A stretch of DNA of 32,000 bases from the NCBI RefSeq assembly GCF_000619845.1, contig NZ_JHUX01000009.1, positions 30,001 through 62,000 on the forward strand. Reading direction: 5' to 3'. The notes below the pieces were generated by a model. That model saw nothing but the letters and a program-made list of their open reading frames with translations. It ran no database searches and was not told the DNA's origin. Made by a program: the position numbers and the translations under genes. Of the stretch, positions 1 through 9,349 are shown piece by piece. The stretch's first letter is position 1. The number at the start of each line of letters is the position of its first letter. This stretch comes from Alkanindiges illinoisensis DSM 15370 (lineage in GTDB: Bacteria; Pseudomonadota; Gammaproteobacteria; Pseudomonadales; Moraxellaceae).

Positions 1-1
1 G

Positions 2-559
2 GCATTTATCCAGCAATTCAAGAAAAAACAGGCGCAGCAGCGTGAGGCTATTCCAAAATTACTCGACTGGCCACAATTTCTAAAACAGCAGGCCTTAAAG
101 GGTGATGAGCTTGCCGTTGAAAGCTTGCGTAAACGGGCTAAGGATAATTTTAAGCTCTATGACAACCAGATTCTAGGCTTGCCGGAAAAGACGTTTATTT
201 ACCATTCCTTAAAACCAGAAGTGAGAAAAAACGGCTCTATCGTATACCAGCTTCGGGATGGGGGTAGCATTGTTGACCGGGAAGCGGATTTACAGGTCGA
301 GCAGATTACCCAGCCAGCCGCATTTTTAGCCCTGACAATGGCCAAGGATAAGTTTGGCGCGCGCCCGTTAGAAATTAATGGCAGTGATGATTTTAAAAAT
401 GCACTGATTGAGGCAGCCGTAGAGCACCGTTTAAATGTCACATTTGCCAATCAGGATATGGAAAAAATACGCACCCGCAAAATGGGTGAGCTTGCCAAAC
501 AACCGCCACAACAATCAAATCAACAAGATGAAGCAATAAAACGAGGTAAATCAAGATGA
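2..559 (+). CDS. Conjugative relaxase, C-terminal fragment (5' end outside the window)
   Basis: The reading frame is open from base 2 (AFIQQFKKKQAQQREAIPKLLDWPQF...), so the TTG at 125 in the ORF track is probably internal. The stop TGA at 557-559 overlaps the ATG of the coupling-protein gene (ATGA). Its position upstream of traG-traF matches the IncP Tra1 order traI-traG-traF. No catalytic relaxase motif lies inside the window, so the call rests on synteny. Confidence 0.45.
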   Translation, partial: AFIQQFKKKQAQQREAIPKLLDWPQFLKQQALKGDELAVESLRKRAKDNFKLYDNQILGLPEKTFIYHSLKPEVRKNGSIVYQLRDGGSIVDREADLQVEQITQPAAFLALTMAKDKFGARPLEINGSDDFKNALIEAAVEHRLNVTFANQDMEKIRTRKMGELAKQPPQQSNQQDEAIKRGKSR

Positions 560-2475
560 AAGACTTAGAAGGTCAGAATAAGCGTATTTCAGCACCCCTG
601 GTTTATTTAATGGGTATGCTGTTTTTAATTTTTTCTTTTATGGTGGTTGGTAGTGTGGCCACACAAAAGATGGTGACTATTTTCAATCATCATCCTGCCC
701 TGGGCAAACCGCTGGTTGGCTCACTGTATGCCCCCTATAGGTTTTTAGTCTGGTATTTACAGTATAACGTCCCCGTTGGTCAGGGTTTACGGCCAAAACT
801 GGATTTGGTGATCATTTGTGTCCTGATTGCGGAAGGCCTGCTATTTCTGGTTACAGTCTTTACCATTGGCCTGATTACCAAGTCATCACGCAAGAATAAG
901 GATATTCATGGATCGGCACGCTGGGCTGAGTTTGACGAGCTGCCGGATATGGGCTTATTACCGCAAAAGGGTAAAAAAGGCGAGGGCGTTTATGTTGGCG
1001 CAATCCGCGATAAACAAGGACGTTTGCATTATTTACGGCACAATGGCCCTGAGCATGTGATTGGTATTGCACCAACCCGTTCGGGTAAAGGTGTAGGCCT
1101 TGTGGTTCCAACGACCTTATCCTGGCCGCATTCGATGCTGATCAGTGATATGAAAGGCGAGTTATGGGCAATGACGTCAGGCTGGCGCAGCCAGTATGCC
1201 AATAATATCTGCATTAAGTTTGACCCGGCTGCTGAACATGGCAGTGCCAGTTTTAATCCACTGGCCGAGATTCGCTTGGGGACACCGTATGAAGTCAGTG
1301 ACACACAGAATCTTGTCACGATTCTGGTTGATCCCGAAGGGAAGGGCTTAAATGACCACTGGTCTAAGACCGGTAGCGCCTTACTGGTTGGTGTGATCCT
1401 GTATACCCTGTACCGGGTAAAGGAAGAAACCGGCGGTATTGCGAGCCTTGGTGAAGTGGCCATGACCATTTCAGACCCAAGCCAGCCGATTGATGAGCTT
1501 TGGAATGCCATGCTGTTTAACCAGTATGGTGAAAATGGAGCAGCACATATTAATATTGCGTCACCAGCGCGCGATATGCAGAACACGCCTGAAGAAGAAC
1601 GTGGCTCGATTATTTCAACAGCGAGATCCTTTTTAACCCTCTACCGTGATCCGATTGTTGAGAAAAACACCAAATACAGTGACTTTACCGTTTCAGACCT
1701 GATGGATGCGGATAAACCGGTTTCCTTATACCTTGTAGTACGCCCAGGGGATAAAGACCGGTTAAAACCATTAATTCGCCTGATGCTGACCCAGATTCTA
1801 CGGGTACTGATCCGCGAGGAAATGAAAATAGGTGCTGATGGTGCAGCTAAAGCAGCCCATAAACACCGGCTACTGATGATGCTGGATGAATTCCCAGGCT
1901 TTGGCCGCTTGAAAGTGTTTGAAGATGCACTGCCGTATATTGCTGGTTATGGCATCAAGGCCTACCTGATAGCCCAGGATATTGAACAGTTACGTGCCAG
2001 TGATGCGTATGGCCGTGAGGAAACCATTTCTGCAAATTGCCATGTGCGTATTGCCTATGCACCCAATAAACTGGAAACCGCAGAATGGCTTTCTAAAATG
2101 TCTGGCCAGAAAACCCAGCATTCTGAAGAAATCTCAACCAGTGGCAACCGGTTTGGTGCCGTCATGGGCAATGTTAACCGGACATTTCATTCGTTTGCGC
2201 GTCCCCTGTTAACCCCAGATGAATGCTTACGCCTAAAAGCCCCCAAGAAAAGCCCGGATGGACTTAAAATTGTAGAATCCGGAGATTTACTGGTATTTGT
2301 CGCGGGTAACAATCCGGTCTATGGCGAACAATCCCTATTCTTTATTGACCCGACGTTTCAAAAGCGGGTTAAGGTGCCTGCCTTAAAAGAATCCCAGATC
2401 ATCCGGCCGCGTGCTGGTACTCAGCAAACCGCACATGATGCCGTTGATGAGTTTGTCATGGGTGAGGGGACATGA
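556..2475 (+). CDS. traG: Type IV secretion coupling protein (TraG/VirD4 family)
   Basis: 639-aa ORF with N-terminal TM helices (LVYLMGMLFLIFSFMVVGSVA; VIICVLIAEGLLFLVTVFTIGLI). It has a Walker A-like motif (GIAPTRSGKGVGLVVPT) and a Walker B-like motif (HRLLMMLDEF), typical of TraG/VirD4 T4CPs. ATGA overlaps occur with both neighbouring genes. Confidence 0.9.
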   Translation: MKDLEGQNKRISAPLVYLMGMLFLIFSFMVVGSVATQKMVTIFNHHPALGKPLVGSLYAPYRFLVWYLQYNVPVGQGLRPKLDLVIICVLIAEGLLFLVTVFTIGLITKSSRKNKDIHGSARWAEFDELPDMGLLPQKGKKGEGVYVGAIRDKQGRLHYLRHNGPEHVIGIAPTRSGKGVGLVVPTTLSWPHSMLISDMKGELWAMTSGWRSQYANNICIKFDPAAEHGSASFNPLAEIRLGTPYEVSDTQNLVTILVDPEGKGLNDHWSKTGSALLVGVILYTLYRVKEETGGIASLGEVAMTISDPSQPIDELWNAMLFNQYGENGAAHINIASPARDMQNTPEEERGSIISTARSFLTLYRDPIVEKNTKYSDFTVSDLMDADKPVSLYLVVRPGDKDRLKPLIRLMLTQILRVLIREEMKIGADGAAKAAHKHRLLMMLDEFPGFGRLKVFEDALPYIAGYGIKAYLIAQDIEQLRASDAYGREETISANCHVRIAYAPNKLETAEWLSKMSGQKTQHSEEISTSGNRFGAVMGNVNRTFHSFARPLLTPDECLRLKAPKKSPDGLKIVESGDLLVFVAGNNPVYGEQSLFFIDPTFQKRVKVPALKESQIIRPRAGTQQTAHDAVDEFVMGEGT

Positions 2476-3083
2476 AGCCGATATTACAGGGCATTCGGCG
2501 TCACAAGCTGGTCAGTGCCCTATTCGGTTTTGGACTGGTTGCGCTGGCGTTAAGCCAGTCCAACATGCTGGTGAATGTATCGGACAGCCTGCCACCCGGC
2601 TTATGGTACATCAGCAAGCAGCCGGTCATTTTAGAGCACGGGCGCATTGTCACATTTTGTCCAACTTTAAGTGAATATGTAAAAGCAAATTATCACCTGG
2701 GCCATCAGAATCTGCGCTGGCTAAGACGCTGTAGCGAGCCGGTAGACAGTTTTACCAAACCCATTGCCGCCTTGCCCGGCGACACGGTACAGCTCACCAG
2801 TGACGCGATTTATGTCAATGGCCGGAAAATGGCAGGCCGCATCCATCGTGATGCGTATGGCCATGTAATCCCCAGTGTGGGCTTAGGTACTTATCTGGTT
2901 GCGCCCGGAACCTTCTGGGCAGTGTCCACGTATAACAAGGCCAGTTATGACAGCCGTTACCTTGGGGCAATTCCCATGAGCGCAATCCTTGGGGAAACCA
3001 GGCCGCTATGGGTGAGTAAAGTCAAAAAATTTTGCTGGATAACCGGTAAAGTCTCGCACTCAAAACAACAATGTTTAACCTAG
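2472..3083 (+). CDS. traF: Conjugative-transfer signal peptidase TraF (S26 family, pilin maturation)
   Basis: 203 aa with an N-terminal membrane anchor (LVSALFGFGLVALAL). S26-like motifs are present (NVSDSLPPGLWY and YDSRYLGAIP). The start overlaps the traG stop (ATGA), and the gene sits directly after traG as in IncP Tra1. Confidence 0.75.
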   Translation: MKPILQGIRRHKLVSALFGFGLVALALSQSNMLVNVSDSLPPGLWYISKQPVILEHGRIVTFCPTLSEYVKANYHLGHQNLRWLRRCSEPVDSFTKPIAALPGDTVQLTSDAIYVNGRKMAGRIHRDAYGHVIPSVGLGTYLVAPGTFWAVSTYNKASYDSRYLGAIPMSAILGETRPLWVSKVKKFCWITGKVSHSKQQCLT

Positions 3084-3098
3084 TCATAGGAATGAATA

Positions 3099-3677
3099 AT
3101 GATTATCCCTGCTGATGTTTTAGCGTGTGCTGCTGATGTTCACCCGCAAACCATTACCAAAGTGATTGAGGTCGAAAGTACCTATAACCCCAATGCAATT
3201 AATATTAATAATGGGCCTCGCGTCAAACCCAGAACCAAAGAGGAAGCTATCGCTATTGCCAGAAAATGGATAGCCAAAGGCTATAGCGTTGATGTTGGTT
3301 TTACCCAGATTAACAGCCGTAATTTTATGCGCTGGGGCTATAGTGTGGAGCAGGTCATTGAACCCTGCACCAATTTGCGCTTGAGCGCCCGTCTATTAAA
3401 TGATGGTTATGACCGGGCAAAGCTGATTCATGGTGAAGGGCAGGCAGCCTTAAAAGCGGCCTTGAGTGCCTATAACACCGGTAATTTAACCAAAGGCTTG
3501 CGAAACGGCTATGTGGCCAAGTATTACAAACCTTCCAGAGCCACAACGACAACAGTTAGCTATACACCGAATACAACAATGAACCAGGCCGTTATCCGTG
3601 AGGATTTAACCCCCCAGATTTATGGTAATGACACCACCATTTTTGTTCGTCCAACCCGTAAGCCCGATAGTAATTAA
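3099..3677 (+). CDS. Lytic transglycosylase (SLT domain, VirB1/TrbN-like)
   Basis: 192 aa with SLT signatures: VIEVESTYNPNAIN (catalytic Glu context), GFTQINSRN and SAYNTGN. An AGGAA ribosome-binding site lies upstream of the ATG. Confidence 0.8.
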   Translation: MIIPADVLACAADVHPQTITKVIEVESTYNPNAININNGPRVKPRTKEEAIAIARKWIAKGYSVDVGFTQINSRNFMRWGYSVEQVIEPCTNLRLSARLLNDGYDRAKLIHGEGQAALKAALSAYNTGNLTKGLRNGYVAKYYKPSRATTTTVSYTPNTTMNQAVIREDLTPQIYGNDTTIFVRPTRKPDSN

Positions 3678-3718
3678 AACAGCAATAGCCGTATGGCCAT
3701 TAAAACAGGAGCAATATT

Positions 3719-3937
3719 ATGCCAATGCCTAAAGACCAAAAATTTGATACTGAACTTTTAGATACACAAATGCAGGAACCGGTTATCACCAGTGACCAGA
3801 ATATGCTGGGTGTTCCGGGTGTACTGGTAGAATTTGACCCGGATGAAGCGGATGCGTGGGGTGCAGTGGCCAGTGATCCCCGTGAAGTGGCAAGTGCTTG
3901 GGAAGATGCAATTGCAGATAGTGGGGAGCAGCCATGA
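3719..3937 (+). CDS. Small acidic hypothetical protein (72 aa)
   Basis: The ORF has a 4-nt ATGA overlap with the downstream ArdC-primase gene, suggesting translational coupling. It is strongly acidic (DPDEADAWGAVASDPREVASAWEDAIADSGE). I recognise no family. Confidence 0.4.
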   Translation: MPMPKDQKFDTELLDTQMQEPVITSDQNMLGVPGVLVEFDPDEADAWGAVASDPREVASAWEDAIADSGEQP

Positions 3938-6900
3938 AAAAAGAGTATGTTGATGAGCTGGCCAGCCGACTAATTGAGCAGATTAAAAGCAATACCGCAC
4001 CCTGGCAAAAACCCTGGCAGCCTGGTGTACCCAATGCCAGTTTGCCGATCAATGTAGTAACCGCTAAACCCTATAATGGCATGAACCTGATTAACCTTAT
4101 GTCCAAGGCCGAATATCAGGGTTATGACGATCCGCGCTGGATGACCTATAAGCAGGCACAAGGCTTAGGTGGCCAGGTTAAAAAGGGTGAAAAAGGCACA
4201 TCAATTCATTACTGGAAATTTTTTGATGAAAAAGTTATCAAGGATGAAAATAATAAGCCAGTACTGGATGAACACGGAAAACCCAAAAAAGTAAGAATCC
4301 AGCTTGAGCGCCCCCAGGTATTTTTTGCGACGGTCTTTAATGCCAATCAGGTTGACGGGCTGCCCCCACTGACACAAACCATTCCATTAAAGGAAGAATG
4401 GGCGCGTCACCAGCAAGCCGAACAGATTTTAAATGCGTCCGGTGTACCGATCCGGCATCTTAGTGGTGATAAGGCCTACTATTCTCCAGGTTTAGACAGA
4501 ATCACCATGCCAGAGCGGCAGCAATTTGATAGTGGCGATAAATATTATGCAACAGCCTTGCATGAGCTTGGCCATGCGACTGGCCATCCCAGCCGGTTAA
4601 ATCGGGATTTAACCGGTGGCTTTGGCAGTGAGAGTTACGCCAAAGAGGAGTTACGCGCTGAAATTGCTTCCATGATGATCGGTCAGGAGTTGCAGATTGG
4701 CCATGACCCCGGCCAGCATGTTGCTTATCTGCAAAGCTGGGTAAAGGTGCTTGAAAATGACGCCAAGGAAATTTTCAGGGCAGCACGTGATGCTGAGCAA
4801 ATTACCAAGTTTGTCATGGCATTCCAGCAACAGCAGCAACAGACCCAGACTGAAGATCAGTCCATACTTTCGTTAACGAAAATTGATCAGGCTTACCAGC
4901 CAAGTAATACCCCCAACCTGACCTCGCCATTACAGGCCTGGCAACTTCTGGAACAGGCTGCCAAAAGCAGGGGATATACTGCAAAACTTGATATTGAAGA
5001 AAACCCGGACAATATTGCCTTATCCAAAATCAAGGTCAATTATTTTAACGACAGTGGCATCCTGCCTTTTTCAAACACCATTGGCGGGAATGGCTTTGTC
5101 CGGGCAATCGAAAATAATCAATTCCTGCCCTACAACACCAATATCGCGGAAGTCATTCCACCTATCCTGACCGACATGATAGACCGGTATGAAAACCGGC
5201 TAAAACCGGTTAACCCGATTGATACCAATTTACTAGATGAGTTTGCCACCCATAAGGCCAACCATCCGGGTTTGTCGAATCCACTGGATTCATGGAATCA
5301 CATTAGCCAGTATGCTCAAAACATGGGCTACCGTGCCGATGTCAGCAGAAACCCGGATACCAGCGACGGCGCATCCCCCTACCTGATCGAATATTACGAC
5401 CAAGACCGGAAAACCGGCGTGCAGTCCCTGATGGAAGTGGACGGCAAAGTTTTAACGCAATTTGAGCAGGTACGAACCCAGGGTACAGGTTACACGTCAG
5501 ATGAAGTCTGGCAGCGGGACAGTTTAAGGGCGGCATTGCAAAAGGACTTTGACCAGAAAATCACCCAGCTTGCCAAAGTATCTAACGATGAGCGCAACCA
5601 GTCATTATTGGCAGGCCTGACCAAACTGGCCGAACTGAATAAACAGGGTGAATTTTACCAGTCAGAAAATGCACCCTATCGTCAAAGTATCCTGGATAAC
5701 CTGATCCGGGAAAATTTTGATAATCCTAAATTTACTGGTATTTCACTGCCGCATACCGAGGGTGGCCATATCCTGATTGAGAAATCAGCCAAAGCAGCAG
5801 GCCAGTGGCAGGTTACGATCTTCGACAGTGCAGGAGAACCAATCCGGGATAATGGGGCATACGACAAGCGAGAGGCCCTAGAGACGTTCTTTAGCGGCGT
5901 TCACATTGAGGCATCGGTTGCCGGTTTGAGCCAGCGGGAAAAAATCTATTTAGATGTACCCTACCATGAGAAAAATGAGGTGAAAGGGTTAGGGGCAAAA
6001 TGGGATAAAAAAGAAAAGGCTTGGTATATTATGAGCGATCAAAATAATGTGTCATTTAATAAATGGATAGCATCGGACATTAAGCCTGAAGCAACCAATA
6101 CCATTAATCCTGAACCTAATCCGGCCAGCAGCCAGAAGGTTTATCTAACCGTTCCGTTTGCCGATAAGGATAGTGTCAAGGAACTGGGCGCAAAATGGGA
6201 TAGAAAGGAAAAAGCCTGGTATATCGCTGCCGATACCAGCCAAGAGCCATTTAGCAAATGGTTGCCTGACGATAATGACAATACCTTACTCATCACTGTA
6301 CCGGTACTACCGGTTGAGTTAAAAGAAAATACCAGTGATCAAAATGTTTTTCTGGCCGTTCCTTATGAGGAACGTGACGCTGCCAAAGAGTGTGGTGCCA
6401 GATGGGACAATGAACAAAAATTGTGGTATGCCCCTGAAGGCACCGATTTAACGCCACTTCAGAGTTGGCTACCTGAAAACCAGCCCTATACTGACCATCA
6501 TGCTCATGTGGACTTACCACATCAGCAAGTGGCTGATCCGCGCGTTGAATTTGCCGCTGCCTTACGTGAAGCCGGTTTAGTGATTGAGGGCGAACCCCAG
6601 ATGGACGGCAAGTTGCAACGTGTCCGGGTGGAAGGCGATACATCATCAGAGCTAAGTGGAGCCTATAAAGGTCATTTAGATGGACGGCCAGCCGGTTATA
6701 TCAAGAATTTTAGAACTGGCCTTGAGCAAAAATGGAAATCAACCGGCAAGCTGGATGGAGCTGTCAACACGGCCAGGCTACGTGCTGAAGCTGCCCAGCG
6801 TCGCCAGAATAATGCGACCCAGCAAGAACATTTATATGAGCAGGTTGCAGAAAAAGCTGAACTGATTATGGATTTTGCCGAACCGTGTATTACCCATCGC

Positions 6901-7725
6901 TATTTACAGGAAAAAGATGTTTTACCACATGGCTTAAAAATAGTACCTGAAGGTAATCAGCAACTGGCTGATAAAGGCATCCTGATCGGCAATGACTGGA
7001 AGCAGTCCAAAGAACTTCGTGAAGCCCATCCTGATGCAATCGTTTTAACTAAAGGTGATCTTATTGTTCCGGCATACGATGCACATGGAAAGTTATGGAC
7101 GATGCAGACAATTGGCCATAATGGGTTTAAGTCATTTTTAAAAGACGGCAAGAAATCAGGAAACTTCTTTTTGCTTGGCCAGCCTGAGCCGGGCAAACCG
7201 ATCATTGCTGCCGAGGGTTTTGCAACCGCTGCAACCCTACGTGAAGTCACCAATCAGGTGGTTGCGGTTGCCTTTGATTCAGGAAACCTTAATGCAGTGG
7301 CCATGACCCTGCGTGAGCAATATGAGCCGGGTAAGCTGTATATTGCTGCCGACAATGATCATGTCAAGGAAGCAGAGCGCCGGGCAGCCGGGCATACCCA
7401 TAATTTAAACGTGGGCATTGAAAAGGCACAGCAGGCCGCTGAAGCCAGCCAGGGTTTTGTGCTTACACCTAAGTTTAGGGCAGATGATAAGGGTACGGAC
7501 TGGAACGACTTAAAGCGTAGTCAGGGCGTTGAAGTGGTAAAAACCCAGTTACGGCAAGCACTGGCCATTGCCCAGCTTCAGGAAAATAAGGCAAAAGTGG
7601 TAGAACGTAGTATTGCCGCCACTCATCAACAGGTTGAGAGCAATAGTGTAGAGCCGGAAAATTTAGCTAAAAAGCTGATCCGGCATCCTGAGCAAAAGCA
7701 AAATAGGGGATTAAGACTGTCTTAG
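3934..7725 (+). CDS. Polyvalent ArdC-N / zincin metallopeptidase / repeat / Toprim primase protein (TraC-like)
   Basis: 1263 aa. The N-terminus has ArdC-type ssDNA-binding motifs (APWQKPWQPG...PYNGMNLINL...RWMTYKQAQGLGGQVKKGEKG). A zincin HExxH follows (ALHELGHATGH ... EELRAEIAS), then a poly-Q linker. Next come two copies of a motif (SPLQAWQLLEQAAKSRGYTA / NPLDSWNHISQYAQNMGYRA). Three tandem repeats of about 45 aa follow (...GAKWD+KEKAWYI...). The C-terminus is primase/Toprim-like (DGKLQRVRVEGD...GAYKGHLDGRPAGYIKNFRTG; IIAAEGFATAATL; YIAADNDH). Confidence 0.85.
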   Translation: MKKEYVDELASRLIEQIKSNTAPWQKPWQPGVPNASLPINVVTAKPYNGMNLINLMSKAEYQGYDDPRWMTYKQAQGLGGQVKKGEKGTSIHYWKFFDEKVIKDENNKPVLDEHGKPKKVRIQLERPQVFFATVFNANQVDGLPPLTQTIPLKEEWARHQQAEQILNASGVPIRHLSGDKAYYSPGLDRITMPERQQFDSGDKYYATALHELGHATGHPSRLNRDLTGGFGSESYAKEELRAEIASMMIGQELQIGHDPGQHVAYLQSWVKVLENDAKEIFRAARDAEQITKFVMAFQQQQQQTQTEDQSILSLTKIDQAYQPSNTPNLTSPLQAWQLLEQAAKSRGYTAKLDIEENPDNIALSKIKVNYFNDSGILPFSNTIGGNGFVRAIENNQFLPYNTNIAEVIPPILTDMIDRYENRLKPVNPIDTNLLDEFATHKANHPGLSNPLDSWNHISQYAQNMGYRADVSRNPDTSDGASPYLIEYYDQDRKTGVQSLMEVDGKVLTQFEQVRTQGTGYTSDEVWQRDSLRAALQKDFDQKITQLAKVSNDERNQSLLAGLTKLAELNKQGEFYQSENAPYRQSILDNLIRENFDNPKFTGISLPHTEGGHILIEKSAKAAGQWQVTIFDSAGEPIRDNGAYDKREALETFFSGVHIEASVAGLSQREKIYLDVPYHEKNEVKGLGAKWDKKEKAWYIMSDQNNVSFNKWIASDIKPEATNTINPEPNPASSQKVYLTVPFADKDSVKELGAKWDRKEKAWYIAADTSQEPFSKWLPDDNDNTLLITVPVLPVELKENTSDQNVFLAVPYEERDAAKECGARWDNEQKLWYAPEGTDLTPLQSWLPENQPYTDHHAHVDLPHQQVADPRVEFAAALREAGLVIEGEPQMDGKLQRVRVEGDTSSELSGAYKGHLDGRPAGYIKNFRTGLEQKWKSTGKLDGAVNTARLRAEAAQRRQNNATQQEHLYEQVAEKAELIMDFAEPCITHRYLQEKDVLPHGLKIVPEGNQQLADKGILIGNDWKQSKELREAHPDAIVLTKGDLIVPAYDAHGKLWTMQTIGHNGFKSFLKDGKKSGNFFLLGQPEPGKPIIAAEGFATAATLREVTNQVVAVAFDSGNLNAVAMTLREQYEPGKLYIAADNDHVKEAERRAAGHTHNLNVGIEKAQQAAEASQGFVLTPKFRADDKGTDWNDLKRSQGVEVVKTQLRQALAIAQLQENKAKVVERSIAATHQQVESNSVEPENLAKKLIRHPEQKQNRGLRLS
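5941..6480 (+). repeat. Three tandem in-frame protein-domain repeats inside the polyvalent primase gene
   Basis: The three units are IYLDVPYHEKNEVKGLGAKWDKKEKAWYIMSD..FNKW, VYLTVPFADKDSVKELGAKWDRKEKAWYIAAD..FSKW and VFLAVPYEERDAAKECGARWDNEQKLWYAPEG..LQSW. They start at about 5941, 6133 and 6340. They resemble the small domain often fused to plasmid primases and topoisomerases; a DUF5710-type assignment is from memory and unverified. Confidence 0.7.
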
Positions 7726-7734
7726 TTCCAATGT

Positions 7735-7766
7735 TTACAAAGCTTTCGTTAACGAAAGCTTTGTAA
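7735..7766. terminator. Perfect 32-bp palindrome; bidirectional terminator-like hairpin between convergent genes
   Basis: TTACAAAGCTTTCGTT|AACGAAAGCTTTGTAA is perfectly self-complementary. It lies between the primase stop (7725) and the acr3 stop (7780). No long T-tract is present. Confidence 0.6.
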
Positions 7767-7779
7767 TAATCAATTACTT

Positions 7780-8799
7780 TTAACCTCTTTCGTACCAGCC
7801 TTTGGTTTGATTGACCACCCGTACCACCAATAGCATCAGGGGTACTTCAATCAATACACCAACTACGGTGGCTAATGCTGCACCAGAATGAAAACCAAAC
7901 AGGCTAATCGCCGCGGCAACTGCCAGCTCAAAGAAATTGGATGCACCAATTAAGGCTGAAGGGCAGGCAATATTGTGCTTTTCACCCACAGCCCGGTTGA
8001 GCCAGTAAGCCAGTGATGAATTAAAAATCACCTGAATGAGAATCGGCACTGCCAGCAAGGCAATGACCAGCGGTTGCTCAATAATCGCCTGACCCTGAAA
8101 GGCAAACAGTAAAACCAGCGTTGCCAGTAAAGCAGTAATCGACCACGGACTAATCATTTCCATCGCACGATCAAAACTGGCTTGGCCTTTTTTTAATAAT
8201 ACCTTGCGTAAGAGCTGGGCAATGATGACGGGTACGATAATGTAAAGCACAACGGAGGTAATCAACGTATCCCAAGGCACAATAATGGCCGACAAGCCCA
8301 GCAGTAAAGCCACAATAGGCGCAAAGGCCACCACCATAATGGCATCATTCAATGCCACTTGGGACAGTGTAAACAGCGGATCGCCATTGGTCAGCCGACT
8401 CCAGACAAACACCATCGCGGTACAGGGCGCCGCTGCCAGTAAAATGAGTCCGGCAATATAACTATCAAGCTGTTCGGCTGGTAGCCACGGTGCAAAGATA
8501 TGACGAATAAAAAGCCAAGCCAGAAATGCCATGGAAAATGGCTTCACCAGCCAGTTAATAAACAGCGTTACGCCAATACCTTTCACATGATGGCGCACAT
8601 CGGTTAATGCAGAAAAATCTACTTTAAGCAACATGGGAATAATCATCACCCAAATCAGCAAACCCACGGGTAGGTTGACCTTGGCAATTTCCATATGGCC
8701 AATGGCTTGAAACAAACTCGGAAAAAATTGGCCTAATGCAATACCAACGATAATGCATAGGAAAACCCAGACTGTCAGGTAGCGCTCAAAAATGCTCAT
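7780..8799 (-). CDS. acr3: ACR3-family arsenite efflux transporter
   Basis: 339-aa polytopic membrane protein. The N-terminus MSIFERYLTVWVFLCIIVGIALGQ... and the overall pattern are typical of Acr3/ArsB(ACR3). It is the last gene of an ars cluster. Confidence 0.9.
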   Translation of the reverse strand: MSIFERYLTVWVFLCIIVGIALGQFFPSLFQAIGHMEIAKVNLPVGLLIWVMIIPMLLKVDFSALTDVRHHVKGIGVTLFINWLVKPFSMAFLAWLFIRHIFAPWLPAEQLDSYIAGLILLAAAPCTAMVFVWSRLTNGDPLFTLSQVALNDAIMVVAFAPIVALLLGLSAIIVPWDTLITSVVLYIIVPVIIAQLLRKVLLKKGQASFDRAMEMISPWSITALLATLVLLFAFQGQAIIEQPLVIALLAVPILIQVIFNSSLAYWLNRAVGEKHNIACPSALIGASNFFELAVAAAISLFGFHSGAALATVVGVLIEVPLMLLVVRVVNQTKGWYERG

Positions 8800-8812
8800 G
8801 GCTTATATCCTG

Positions 8813-9313
8813 TTAAACGTCTGCATCGCTAATGGCCTGTAATTCATTGTTCAGTTGCTCAGTAGTTAGCTGATCAATTGGTAACTGCATGAGGGCTTCT
8901 ACTTTTTTACGAATTTGCGCAAAAGTAATCGCAAAGGCAGCGCGCTTATCATCATCGCTGCCATTCACATGCGAGGGATCAGCAAAACCCCAGTGAACTT
9001 TGATGGGGCTACCACGCCACAGAGGACAGCTTTCACCCGCTGCGCTATCACATACGGTCATCACAATATCCATCACTATTGAATCAGGCTGGCTGAATTC
9101 ATCCCAGCTTTTGCTGCGTACCGTTGAGGTGTCATAACCTATGGTTTGCGCCTGTTCAACCGCGAAGGGATTGACCCGGCCCATGGGCTGGCTACCTGCG
9201 CTATAGGCTTTAAAACGGCCTTGACCCAGCACATTGATTAAGGCTTCGCCCATGATGCTACGTGCCGAGTTACCCGTGCACAGCACCAATACATTCCAGA
9301 TTTTTTGACCCAT
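8813..9313 (-). CDS. arsC: Arsenate reductase, LMW-PTP (thioredoxin-coupled) type
   Basis: It has the CX5R P-loop LVLCTGNSARSIMGEAL, plus downstream Cys residues (TVCDSAAGESCP). I prefer the ATG at 9313 (MGQKIW..., GGGGA RBS) over the TTG at 9325 used by the ORF track. Confidence 0.85.
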   Translation of the reverse strand: MGQKIWNVLVLCTGNSARSIMGEALINVLGQGRFKAYSAGSQPMGRVNPFAVEQAQTIGYDTSTVRSKSWDEFSQPDSIVMDIVMTVCDSAAGESCPLWRGSPIKVHWGFADPSHVNGSDDDKRAAFAITFAQIRKKVEALMQLPIDQLTTEQLNNELQAISDADV

Positions 9314-9349
9314 GGATTTCCCCAAGATAATTATTTAAACATAGAAAAC

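Noticed and set aside
1029-1586. 185-aa minus-strand ORF inside traG, with similar antisense or alternate-frame ORFs at 199-450, 875-1111, 1982-2212, 2411-2674 and 3355-3552
   Set aside because: They lie entirely within well-supported genes on the other strand or frame. Their composition is odd (Cys/Arg/Ser-rich), they have no RBS, and they show no family resemblance. They are typical shadow ORFs.
4822-4850. Poly-glutamine run (CAG/CAA mix) in the polyvalent gene; considered as a slipped-strand phase-variation tract
   Set aside because: The codons are an imperfect CAG/CAA mixture rather than a pure repeat. This is more consistent with a flexible linker than with a contingency locus.
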